Virus record (IMG/VR): IMGVR_UViG_3300042997_001870 | DNA from: an uncultured virus (IMG/VR IMGVR_UViG_3300042997_001870) | Taxonomy: Duplodnaviria; Heunggongvirae; Uroviricota; Caudoviricetes | Reading direction: 5' to 3' (one strand) | Length of the DNA: 20,000 nucleotides | In this document: positions 1 through 8,800 of the stretch, one piece after another | Position numbering within the stretch: position 1 is the first letter of the stretch | Layout of the letters: each line of letters opens with the position of its first letter | Notes under the pieces: generated by a model | Seen by the model: the letters and a program-made list of their open reading frames with translations, nothing else | What the model was told of the DNA's origin: nothing | The model's database searches: none | Translations under genes and position numbers: made by a program

Positions 1-1769
1 TGGCCATATTGAGCAGAGACTGGAATTACTAAAGAATACCACGTATCATAGGTTAAGGTACCTACCGTAAATGGATAAATTGTATTATTTATGTTTACGT
101 AGATTGTTGCAGTCGCGGTAATTCCATCAATATCAACTAGATTACATGTGATAATTAGTCCCTTTTCTTGAAAATTATCAAATCCATCTAATATCTTTAT
201 GGTTTGTGAACCTTTATTGAATTTAACAATACTGCTAAATGTCATGTTTGGAGTATTTACAGTGGATGCAACTGCTTTATAAACAACTGCATTTTCAGAT
301 TGTTTAAATTGAAGAACTCCACTTGAGTATGCAGTAATATCTCTACGCTCATTTGAGTTAAATGATAAGTTCTTATAACCTTCAACCGTAACGTATTTTC
401 CAGTTGCTGGATTATATGAGTCCTTTGGACCGTTCATTTTAACTGGTAAAAGTTTACCTGCACTATTTATGTTAGAGTCTCCAGTATTTAGCTGTCGAGC
501 AATCCAATTTTTATAAATTTCACTATTCTCATACGCGAAAACTGTGTATGGAGAATTAGGTGAAAGGTCTTGATCTTGAGTTGTGCCGTTTGACACAATT
601 TGATAGCTTGCAACAATCGGTTTTACTGCACTCATATCATAATAATATTCAATTAATGGAGAGTAATTAAACGTATAATCTAAGATTTTATTATTTAGGT
701 CAGGGTGAAGTGATCTACGCGTCTCATCAAATTTATTGGAAATGGTTTTTAATTGCTGCTTGTTAAGAGCATCTTTCTTTTGAACCTCAGCCGGTGCACC
801 AAATAACTCATCGCTAGTCATAATAATATTGTCTAGGAACCTACGATCATCAGCTTTCATTAACATATCGATATTCGGATGAAACTTAGTTAACTGAATT
901 TTCCAATAAAGCGGTTCCATCATAAATCCTCTAAACAGATAGCTACCTTGAATTTCATACATTCGATTAGTTAGCGGCATGTATAAGTAATCTCTCTTTC
1001 GAGGTTGAGAGTTTGGTCCAAATATTGATTGAAAATAAATGTGATCAACGTGAATCTCAAATGGAATTTCAAAATCTACTCCAAATTCGGTGAAATTAGG
1101 CTTGTTATCTGGGAAAATATTATTAGGTACAACAACCTTAACACACTTGCGGTCAGTTGTTTTAAAGAGAGTCCATTCCTTAAAAATAAAGTCTCCACCA
1201 TCTCTATCAGGTTCAGTCTTAAAATAAACAACCTCATGGCCGAATAATTTATTTGTTTGTAGACTTAATTCTTTTGAAATACCGATAGCACTGCCGACTT
1301 CATAAGGTTTAAAAGAAGCTTCTCTTTCAGCAACCAGCGCTGGGCAACGTTCAGGAGAACAGCTAACTGATGGTGTATAAAGAGTCTCGTCAGCTTTTGT
1401 GCTTTGAATTTTAAATTTAGCAGAGTTAATAACTAATGAATCTACGATTGCATCGTAAGTTGTATCATCATACTCATACTTAACTTCTATGAATAACTGA
1501 GACTCATTAAATTCCAACACATCAATTTCCGAAATATCACTTGGGCTAAATGAGTACCATAGTGACCAGTTTCCACGGTCAGTAGAGTATCTGAACTTAC
1601 GGTTTATGTAAGTAGCATTAGCTCCATTTAGTGTCAAATCTTCAGTAAATCCAACAATTTTCACAGCCCCAGGGACAGGATCACCAGCTGAAAAAATTCT
1701 ATAATTTTTGCTGTATGCAATCGAGTTCTTATCTAGGTCTGGAATTATCTTGTAGGTGACTACTTGCAT
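1..1769 (-). CDS. Neck/head-completion protein, T4 gp14-like domain with N- and C-terminal extensions (partial, runs off left edge, >589 aa)
   Basis: Hand translation from ATG at 1769 (MQVVTYKIIPDLDKNSIAYSKNYRIF...) is open to the window edge (...TLTYDTWYSLVIPVSAQYG). Residues ~177-296 (GHEVVYFKTEPD..DFIFKEW..FTEFGVDFEIPFEIHVDHIYFQSIFG..PRKRDYLYMPLTNRMYEI..YWKIQLTKF) follow the recalled gp14 pattern G.dvyY.p....d.l.gE...f.kFG......f...........PreGDliY.Pl....fEi. It is absent from the ORF track because there is no stop codon in the window. Confidence 0.8.
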   Translation of the reverse strand, partial: MQVVTYKIIPDLDKNSIAYSKNYRIFSAGDPVPGAVKIVGFTEDLTLNGANATYINRKFRYSTDRGNWSLWYSFSPSDISEIDVLEFNESQLFIEVKYEYDDTTYDAIVDSLVINSAKFKIQSTKADETLYTPSVSCSPERCPALVAEREASFKPYEVGSAIGISKELSLQTNKLFGHEVVYFKTEPDRDGGDFIFKEWTLFKTTDRKCVKVVVPNNIFPDNKPNFTEFGVDFEIPFEIHVDHIYFQSIFGPNSQPRKRDYLYMPLTNRMYEIQGSYLFRGFMMEPLYWKIQLTKFHPNIDMLMKADDRRFLDNIIMTSDELFGAPAEVQKKDALNKQQLKTISNKFDETRRSLHPDLNNKILDYTFNYSPLIEYYYDMSAVKPIVASYQIVSNGTTQDQDLSPNSPYTVFAYENSEIYKNWIARQLNTGDSNINSAGKLLPVKMNGPKDSYNPATGKYVTVEGYKNLSFNSNERRDITAYSSGVLQFKQSENAVVYKAVASTVNTPNMTFSSIVKFNKGSQTIKILDGFDNFQEKGLIITCNLVDIDGITATATIYVNINNTIYPFTVGTLTYDTWYSLVIPVSAQYG

Positions 1770-1782
1770 TAATTTGTTCTTT

Positions 1783-1793
1783 TTGTTATTTAT
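1783..1793 (-). promoter_or_regulatory. Putative late promoter ATAAATAA for the gp14-like gene
   Basis: Minus strand reads GATAAATAACAA; the core (1793..1786) is 16 nt upstream of the ATG at 1769 and resembles T4 TATAAATA. Confidence 0.6.
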
Positions 1794-1820
1794 CGCAGAG
1801 TATTGCGGTTTTAGCCTAAA

Positions 1821-1831
1821 ATAAATAACAA
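1821..1831 (+). promoter_or_regulatory. Putative late promoter ATAAATAA for the 263 aa gene
   Basis: AAATAAATAACAA; the core (1821..1828) is 20 nt upstream of the ATG at 1849 and 1821..1831 is a perfect 11-bp inverted copy of 1783..1793. Confidence 0.6.
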
Positions 1832-1848
1832 GAAAACTAGGGGTACTT

Positions 1849-2640
1849 ATGAAAACTTTAAACCCTAGGCTGGTGTTAGACCCAATGTGGCTTTGCCAAG
1901 CCAATTTTGTAGATCCAGAGTACTACAATTACGTACTCCTGGATGCGAAGGCTAAGTATCTCAATAATCTTGAGACTGACTTCTCTAACTTTTACGAGAT
2001 AACATTTCATTATCTAAATTTAAACACAATTATTGCAGACAAGAAGGTCTACGATTCACATCTGAATGTTGTTAGGGCACATCAAAACTTAATGGATATA
2101 GTATCTCAATTGGCCCAACTGAATGACTCTAATGGGAAGGAGATCATCCGAATGGCATCAACTTTGTTGGCTGAGGTAATGCAAACCTACTTGGTAAAAC
2201 AGATACCTGTGTTGGAACACTTAAACTTTCACCTAAATAACACAAATGTTCATAAACAAGAAAAAATCTATATTGTTTGTAAATCTGGCAAGCTTGATAG
2301 ATATGACGTTTATAAGTTAAATATGAAGAGCTCACGTAGCTTAGGCTATTCAATAACCAAAAAAGCAGTATTAACTCTACCTGGATTGAAACCTAATGAA
2401 TTTAGGGAAAGGCTACTTGCTGAAAAACCTTTACTTACGGATTTTGATCCAGACAGAAATGTTGTGGTTGTTTCAGGCACTGACCATGTAGTATTGTCAG
2501 ATGGAATTTGTCTGACTAAGGACATTATCTTATTGAATAAAATAATGAACCTTAGCCATGGTTTTGATGCTAATGTCCTATTGGACTATCATCGAATGCT
2601 TGATAAAAAGAAGGTCATTCCGTTTAAGCTTCGGGCATAA
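1849..2640 (+). CDS. Hypothetical protein (263 aa); N-terminus resembles a conserved Bacteroidota hypothetical family
   Basis: ATG...TAA ORF filling the gap between minus-strand genes, with its own promoter motif and an AGGGG 6 nt upstream. The N-terminal W....fvD.EyynYvLL......l......fYeI.fHYlNL recalls the bacterial pattern W...g.iDfEyKkY.LLaYlq.......lYP.l.dl.fHy.nL (from memory, unverified). Confidence 0.85.
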   Translation: MKTLNPRLVLDPMWLCQANFVDPEYYNYVLLDAKAKYLNNLETDFSNFYEITFHYLNLNTIIADKKVYDSHLNVVRAHQNLMDIVSQLAQLNDSNGKEIIRMASTLLAEVMQTYLVKQIPVLEHLNFHLNNTNVHKQEKIYIVCKSGKLDRYDVYKLNMKSSRSLGYSITKKAVLTLPGLKPNEFRERLLAEKPLLTDFDPDRNVVVVSGTDHVVLSDGICLTKDIILLNKIMNLSHGFDANVLLDYHRMLDKKKVIPFKLRA

Positions 2641-2938
2641 CTAACGTGATTGATTCAATCATGGTATTACTGGTTAGCTGGATTAGTGATGGATCGTTTT
2701 TTCCTGGAAAAACCTCTACACCATTTACTGTTAATTTTTGATCAATTACTGAATAATTAGCTGGAGCCAACTGATCGAGTTCTAGGTCAACTTTAGCAAA
2801 TAGATCAGTCGAAATGATATGATCTGGGTCTGATGGTGTAATGTCGAAAGTTGTATCAACTAATGGATTTTCAAGGTCCAATTGCAGTGTCTCTCGGTTA
2901 AGGATCTTTATAAATTTGGCAGTTACTGTTAAATTCAT
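2624..2938 (-). CDS. Small acidic hypothetical protein (104 aa), possible tail-fibre-associated/assembly protein
   Basis: ATG 23 nt after the tail fibre stop with an A-rich leader (TAAAACC-ATG) and protein-like composition. Its 3' end overlaps the 263 aa gene by 17 bp. Function is inferred from position only. Confidence 0.7.
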   Translation of the reverse strand: MNLTVTAKFIKILNRETLQLDLENPLVDTTFDITPSDPDHIISTDLFAKVDLELDQLAPANYSVIDQKLTVNGVEVFPGKNDPSLIQLTSNTMIESITLVMPEA

Positions 2939-2961
2939 GGTTTTAGTATTTTTAAGTAGTG

Positions 2962-5838
2962 TTAAGATCTAGATACAGTATATGATATATTAAACATAAT
3001 TGTCCTATTTGCGGTATTTAGAGCTAACGGATTGTAGCCAGCAGTGCGTGCACCAACAAAGAAAAGTTTAAATGAAGTATTTCCTGAAACCCTAGTGTGG
3101 TAACTGTGTGCAATCGTCCCAGTTTCTATCTGATTTCCGCCAGATCCAAAGAACCTCTGAGCTTCTGTTAGAGAATCTGTATGATTAATCTCTGTCCAGA
3201 CACCGACCCTTGCGTCATTTAGTAGGAAGCTTGTGCCAACTGAATCTGGTAAATTTCCTATTAAAATATGGTTGAGCTCGGCAGCAGAGTTTGAAGTAGA
3301 CCCAGAGGCCCACTTAATCCAACCAGTAAGGTGAATTATACTACCGATTCTGGTCCATTGGCCTCCAGTTGTAAATGTTACATGTGAAGTATCGCCAGTA
3401 ACAGTTGGGGTCCAAGTACCTTCAGCATATCGATCTAGAGTATAAGCATTACCTGAAGCGGCGATTGTTGCTGGGAATCTTAAACCAGTTGTAAGTTCTC
3501 CACTGTTATTCATTGCAAATCTTGGCGTAAGGGTGTCATCTAAAACTCTTAACGACTCAGTATTTAGACCGAGAGTTTCTCCGCTATATGTGTTTGGATA
3601 AACGGTTAGAGTTGCTGGAGAAGTAGCTCCTTCTGGCGCGCAAACAAATACGCCATACGCTTGTTGGTAGTAACCAGGGTTAGACGTGCTTGACTGTAAA
3701 TATACATTACCTTTACTACCGATGTTAAATAATGCTGAATATCCATTTCCTCCATTTAAACTAAGGTGACCACCGTTGGTTTGATCGAATACATAAGCTC
3801 GACCAGCGCCACCTTGTATTCTAACGGTTACGCCATTGACATCTCCAGCATTTGTAGCTTGTCTAGGCTGAATGTACACGGTACGATCAGCTCCGCCAGT
3901 TTTTGCATTATCCCAATCAAATATTAAACTACCTACGCTATTAATGTAAGCTCTACGCTCAGCACCTAAAATTCCACGACTAACATTGAATGCTACTCTA
4001 GTAACTTCGGTTGATCCTTGAACATATCCTGAATCTACTTCAAGTACTACGCCAGCTAGATCAATTGTATTAGCTAGAATTGCACCAGCTGGAGTTCCAT
4101 TAAAGTTCTTTTGGGATGTGATTCCTCCAAAGCTAGTGCCTTCTAATGGATCAGATGAAGTTGAAACACTTCGGAAAGTTAATAGGTATCCGCTTTGTTC
4201 GGCAACGGTATTTGTCCCAGCACTTGGGTTCTTAGAAATATAGAATCTATTTGAACTTACTGATCCAAGTGGTGTGCCTAAGGCGTTTACTCTAGTTGCC
4301 GCTAAGTTAATATCAGTAGTTGCAATTTCAAAAATAGTAACGCCGCCTGTAACAATCTTAGCCTTAGTTTGACCTGCTGAAATTGAAGGTTCAAAACCAA
4401 ATCCAATATAACTTGCTGGTGAACCGTTTGTGGTTGCTCCGCGCTTTAAGAAAATACCGTCAATAAGAATGCTACTACCTGATTCAGTATCCGCAAGAAT
4501 CTTAGAGTTAGTAAATTTCATTTCAAGAGTTCTACCATCAGCATGAGAAGATTCAGCTTTATTAATCTTCCAAACATGTTCACTATTTCTTCTTGGTGAA
4601 AATGATTCAGATGTAATTGAAGAAACTCCAGCAGATGATAGATCGTACTCGGCTCTTAGGAAGTATCTGCCTGGAGCAGATTCGTCCCCGAATGGAGTAG
4701 CAAAGGCTAATCTATACTTACGCATTCTCAAGTTTTCAAAGCTTGGACTAATTACGTAAGCTGCTCCAGTAACACCAGCAGTATATGAAGTATTTAATGG
4801 ATCAACTGATCCTAATTCAATTTGAGCACGGTAACCTTTGCTTAAAGGATTTGTTTGAAATTCTTGAGCAGGTGAGGCAGTACTATTAAAATAAGAATAT
4901 AGTGATAAGTTGGCAGTAGCTGGAAAAATATTATCTGGAGTTACCGGGTAAGTTATTAACTTTTGAAGACCGGAGCCAACCGCAGTTAACACGATTGGAT
5001 TATTTGCAATTACATCTGCTGCAGTTTCACATAACTGAATTGCTACTGACGTTGAGCTAAGTACATAGTACCCTGTAAAATTAGTAAGACCTCCAATAAC
5101 GGTGCCGCTCTCAGCTGAATAAGTTACGTATTGTCCAGTTGATAATCCATGAGCTGATGTAAATATAATTAAGTTATTTGCCAAGTCAACACCGGCAGTA
5201 GAAGGAGAAGATCCGGCAGCTGCTGGGAAAGGTACTGGCGTTGAACTATTTGCAGGAGTAGCTATTCCAGCAGGCGAAGTATAAACAACTGAACGAGTGT
5301 TTAATTCATTAAAGTTATACAGAACTGTCTGATAGTTAGTCGGTAATCCTGGAGTTGCATAGCTTGGATCAGTCGAGGTTGAACTATTAGTTAAGTCTAT
5401 ACCAGATGTAATTCTAGACTTTACTATTCTAGAGGTCGGAGTTAATCTATTGTATGGAGAAATATTTGAGCCTAATGCATTTATTACTAGCGAATTAAAA
5501 TCAGTTAATTCTAACCAGCCAGTTCCAGTAAATTTAAGAATCTTTTCGCCAGTTATTAAAATATCGTTAGCAACCATTGAACTTGGATAAGTACCAGGAG
5601 TTGGAGGGACTGTTGGCGCAATTACTGCATTTAAACCAAATATTACTGAACCAGTAGGTCCGGCTGGGCCGTCTGGTCCTTGTGGACCGTCTGGTCCAAC
5701 TATTCCGGTTGAGCCAATAGGGCCTGGCTGACCAATACCAAGTGCAACCAGTTGGTTAAAATTGAAATTTAACTTGTCTGAAATGATTGTTTGTGAATCA
5801 GTTGCAAATACTTCTTTTAGATTTATAATGACTGCCAT
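2962..5838 (-). CDS. Tail fibre / receptor-binding protein with collagen-like repeat (958 aa)
   Basis: N-terminal TD......KLNFNF..L anchor motif, then nine Gly-X-Y triplets, an HGLSTGQYVTY module and Gly-rich beta repeats. Ends in an LDRYAEGTWTP...GQWTRIG..IHL domain typical of phage fibre tips. Its start overlaps the upstream stop (TAATG at 5840..5836). Confidence 0.8.
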   Translation of the reverse strand: MAVIINLKEVFATDSQTIISDKLNFNFNQLVALGIGQPGPIGSTGIVGPDGPQGPDGPAGPTGSVIFGLNAVIAPTVPPTPGTYPSSMVANDILITGEKILKFTGTGWLELTDFNSLVINALGSNISPYNRLTPTSRIVKSRITSGIDLTNSSTSTDPSYATPGLPTNYQTVLYNFNELNTRSVVYTSPAGIATPANSSTPVPFPAAAGSSPSTAGVDLANNLIIFTSAHGLSTGQYVTYSAESGTVIGGLTNFTGYYVLSSTSVAIQLCETAADVIANNPIVLTAVGSGLQKLITYPVTPDNIFPATANLSLYSYFNSTASPAQEFQTNPLSKGYRAQIELGSVDPLNTSYTAGVTGAAYVISPSFENLRMRKYRLAFATPFGDESAPGRYFLRAEYDLSSAGVSSITSESFSPRRNSEHVWKINKAESSHADGRTLEMKFTNSKILADTESGSSILIDGIFLKRGATTNGSPASYIGFGFEPSISAGQTKAKIVTGGVTIFEIATTDINLAATRVNALGTPLGSVSSNRFYISKNPSAGTNTVAEQSGYLLTFRSVSTSSDPLEGTSFGGITSQKNFNGTPAGAILANTIDLAGVVLEVDSGYVQGSTEVTRVAFNVSRGILGAERRAYINSVGSLIFDWDNAKTGGADRTVYIQPRQATNAGDVNGVTVRIQGGAGRAYVFDQTNGGHLSLNGGNGYSALFNIGSKGNVYLQSSTSNPGYYQQAYGVFVCAPEGATSPATLTVYPNTYSGETLGLNTESLRVLDDTLTPRFAMNNSGELTTGLRFPATIAASGNAYTLDRYAEGTWTPTVTGDTSHVTFTTGGQWTRIGSIIHLTGWIKWASGSTSNSAAELNHILIGNLPDSVGTSFLLNDARVGVWTEINHTDSLTEAQRFFGSGGNQIETGTIAHSYHTRVSGNTSFKLFFVGARTAGYNPLALNTANRTIMFNISYTVSRS
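5650..5733 (-). repeat. Collagen-like Gly-X-Y repeat
   Basis: GQP GPI GST GIV GPD GPQ GPD GPA GPT G (aa 36-63). The 11-bp DNA repeat ccgtctggtcc occurs at 5669..5679 and 5687..5697. Confidence 0.9.
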
Positions 5839-8800
5839 TAAATGAACTTAATTTTTATTTTTGGTACGATTTTAACTCCGGTGTTAGGTTTTATCAAAAT
5901 AGTTCCTTCAATTACTTTAGATTTGGTATTATTTATTCGGACTGAGCGAATTAAGTCATAACCTAAATCTCCAAGTAGGTCATAACCTACTTGTTCGAAC
6001 AGAACTTCATTACCTAGTATTTCCCGGTCATCAAGTTCATAAAATTCAAATGAATCTACTTGATATAATTTAATCAAATTGGTCTCACTATATGCAGTAA
6101 GATATTCAGTAAGGGTTAAGTCTCCAAGGAATTCTTGGTCAGTTATAATTGCTGACCCGTTTGAATATTTAAAGAATTTCTCAAACTCTGAACGTAATCC
6201 ATTGTTTGAAAGGTGCTTGGTTATTAAGCTATAGGTATTCATCTTGAATCTAATCTCTGTTCCAAATCTAGAATAGACTATATCTGCCTCAGATGCCTGT
6301 GACTTAGTAAATGCAGCATTACTTAATAAAACGCTAGTAAAATCCTCAACTGTGAATTGAATAGGAACGTTTAGTAATTTAGAAACAAAAGAATAATCTT
6401 CATGGACTCTTCGTGTTCCTGGAACCTTAGTATATTCTTGCTTGTTCGAGTATTCAAAATGGTAGCCGTAATCCCAGCTAGAAGATAGAGCATTAAAATT
6501 GGTTCGATCTATCGGAGTTTCATTAATGTACGGATACACTGACGAATATTTTTGACTATTTTCCAAATCTAATATTGAAGTTTTAGAGTACTTAACGTAT
6601 TCGAAATCCGGTATTACAAAGAAATTATCAATGTATGGGTTAAGGCAAATATTTGCACCAGATAGATCGTTACCATTTATTGAAAAATTATACTTGAAAC
6701 CAGCAATTGGATTTGTAATAACCTCGTATTCAGCAGAGTATCGGTTAATTGAATATTCCTGCGAAGGAACTTCTGAATAATTAAAGCCAGCCACTTGGTT
6801 AATTTGACCAGAGGTTACTGTTTCTGGTGTAAGGCTAACAATTGTAGATTTAGTGATCTCATCAGCTTGAATTATTTCAATTGATGTAGTCTGATAAGGA
6901 ATCTTAAGACCTGAAGAATAGGTTTCCCAAGTTATAAATTGGTTTTCAGCTCTAAGCAATTGAACAAATTTTGCAAATGATAAATTTTCAAACACTTTAT
7001 CAAAATAGTTCTTTCCTCCAAATATTTGGAAGTGATTAGTGTTAACTGTCCAATTTGAGGTTGTTCCAAATGGAACGGCTTGGGCAAAATAATTGTAAGA
7101 AATTGATCCAGATAAGCCTATTGTGATTGGAGTTACTACCGCTAATTGACTTGTAGAAGAAGTTACGTTTAACTTATCTTGGATGGCTCCGTCTATTCCA
7201 TCTGATGTTAAAAGTGGATTAATTAGATCGCTTGTAAGAGTAGTAGATGAAATTGACTGTAGTTGAACAAGTATATCCTTTTCTCCAGGCTTAATTACGT
7301 AGATTGGAGCAAAGTCATTACTAATGTATCGGTTAATTTCAGAATCAGCTAATACGTCTGAATTTCCAATACCATATAATAATTCAGTTTGAATAGTTTC
7401 AGTTAGTGTTGTACTTGGGTTTACGTAAATACCATTAGGAGATAAGTCAACACCTCTTGATAATTTAATAGTAGAATACGCATCTTGTTTATTATTGTAC
7501 TTCTTGTCCTTTGCAAAATATAGGAATGAGTGAGTTATATTAGAAACTTCATTGTGGTTAAATTCAATTCTATAATCTCCAAACATTGAATCAGTATATG
7601 CAGTATTATGAGAAACTGTAAATTCAGTAGTTGCCGGTATGTACACATCAAGGGGATTTGGTATAACCCAACGAGCCTTTACTACAACTGGATCTCCTGA
7701 TGGGAGTGAAACTATTGCACCAGATATTGGACTTACATCAAATTGGTAAGTATCGATAACTAAGCCAAGTGTTCCTGGGTCTGGTCCAAATTGACAAGAC
7801 TCTTCATTAATACCATAAATTACACTAATTATATCTTCATCAGTTACAAACTTTTGAATAAAGGTTGATTGATTATCTCCAACTGAATTATACTTGTTTA
7901 GTAGTAATGAGCTAGTTGACATGTTGTAATAGCCGGAGTCTGATGAGATTTCTCCAGTACCAGCAGTTAACGCATTATGCGTCCAAGTATCTTCAAAGTT
8001 TGCTTGGATTCTAACCGCTTGATAAGTACCAGTAGGTAAAGTAATTGGAATACCTGCATCTACTTGAGCATAAATATAAGGTCCAAGCTTATCTCCACTT
8101 GAAATTTGGCCTGTCATAACTGCATCGTATAATGGGGATCCTTGAGTTGCAATAATCGTAGAGGCAATCGCAACTGGATTACTTGGATTATATGTAATTT
8201 GAACAGTATCGCCTATGTTAGCATTAATTACAGAGGCTCCATTTATGTATCCATAGTAACCGCCCTCAGTTAATGAGTTAATAGTTGTATCTATTTGATA
8301 AGTAACCGGCTCAGCGGTAAAGGCTCCTGCAAATAGGGTAGTTTGGTTAATCATATCAAACGTTTGAGTTGACCAACCATCAATAAAGATAGAATCAGGT
8401 AATTGAGCTTTATATCCCAATGAAACTTCAATTACAACGGTGATTGATTTAGAGTCAACATTTTCAATTACTCGATAGTTAATTGGTTTTGAAATAGTAG
8501 TTGGGTCTTCCTTTATCGGTTTCATTATGACACTGAATTTGTAGTCATTGAACCTTTGAGTATTTGCAATAGTCAATCCATCAGAATTTAATTCATAGAA
8601 TCTAAACATTGATCCTTTAAATAAGGTTTCATATTGATTAGTAAACGAATTCCTATTTAAGCTAGAGTACCTATATTGAGGTCTTCCAACTTGAACTCCA
8701 TCTACTATTGGTAAATACGTGAAATACGTTTCAAAATAGTCGGCTGACGTAGTTAGTTCAGAAATATTAAGACTTTGATCAAAATACGAATAGTTATTTC

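Noticed and set aside
1029..1247. 72 aa plus-strand ORF
   Set aside because: Antisense shadow inside the gp14-like gene; TTG start and no recognisable motif.
2144..2353. 69 aa minus-strand ORF
   Set aside because: Antisense to the 263 aa gene, with unnatural composition.
2962..3445. Fibre tip as a diversity-generating retroelement target
   Set aside because: No template/variable repeat pair or reverse transcriptase is seen in the window.
7602..7652. Intein-like C-terminal motif LDVYIPATTEFTVSHN/T in the 2256 aa protein
   Set aside because: His-Asn-Thr is present, but block F-G spacing is too short and I see no convincing block A, TxxH block B or LAGLIDADG motif upstream. A Hint-domain HMM search would settle it.
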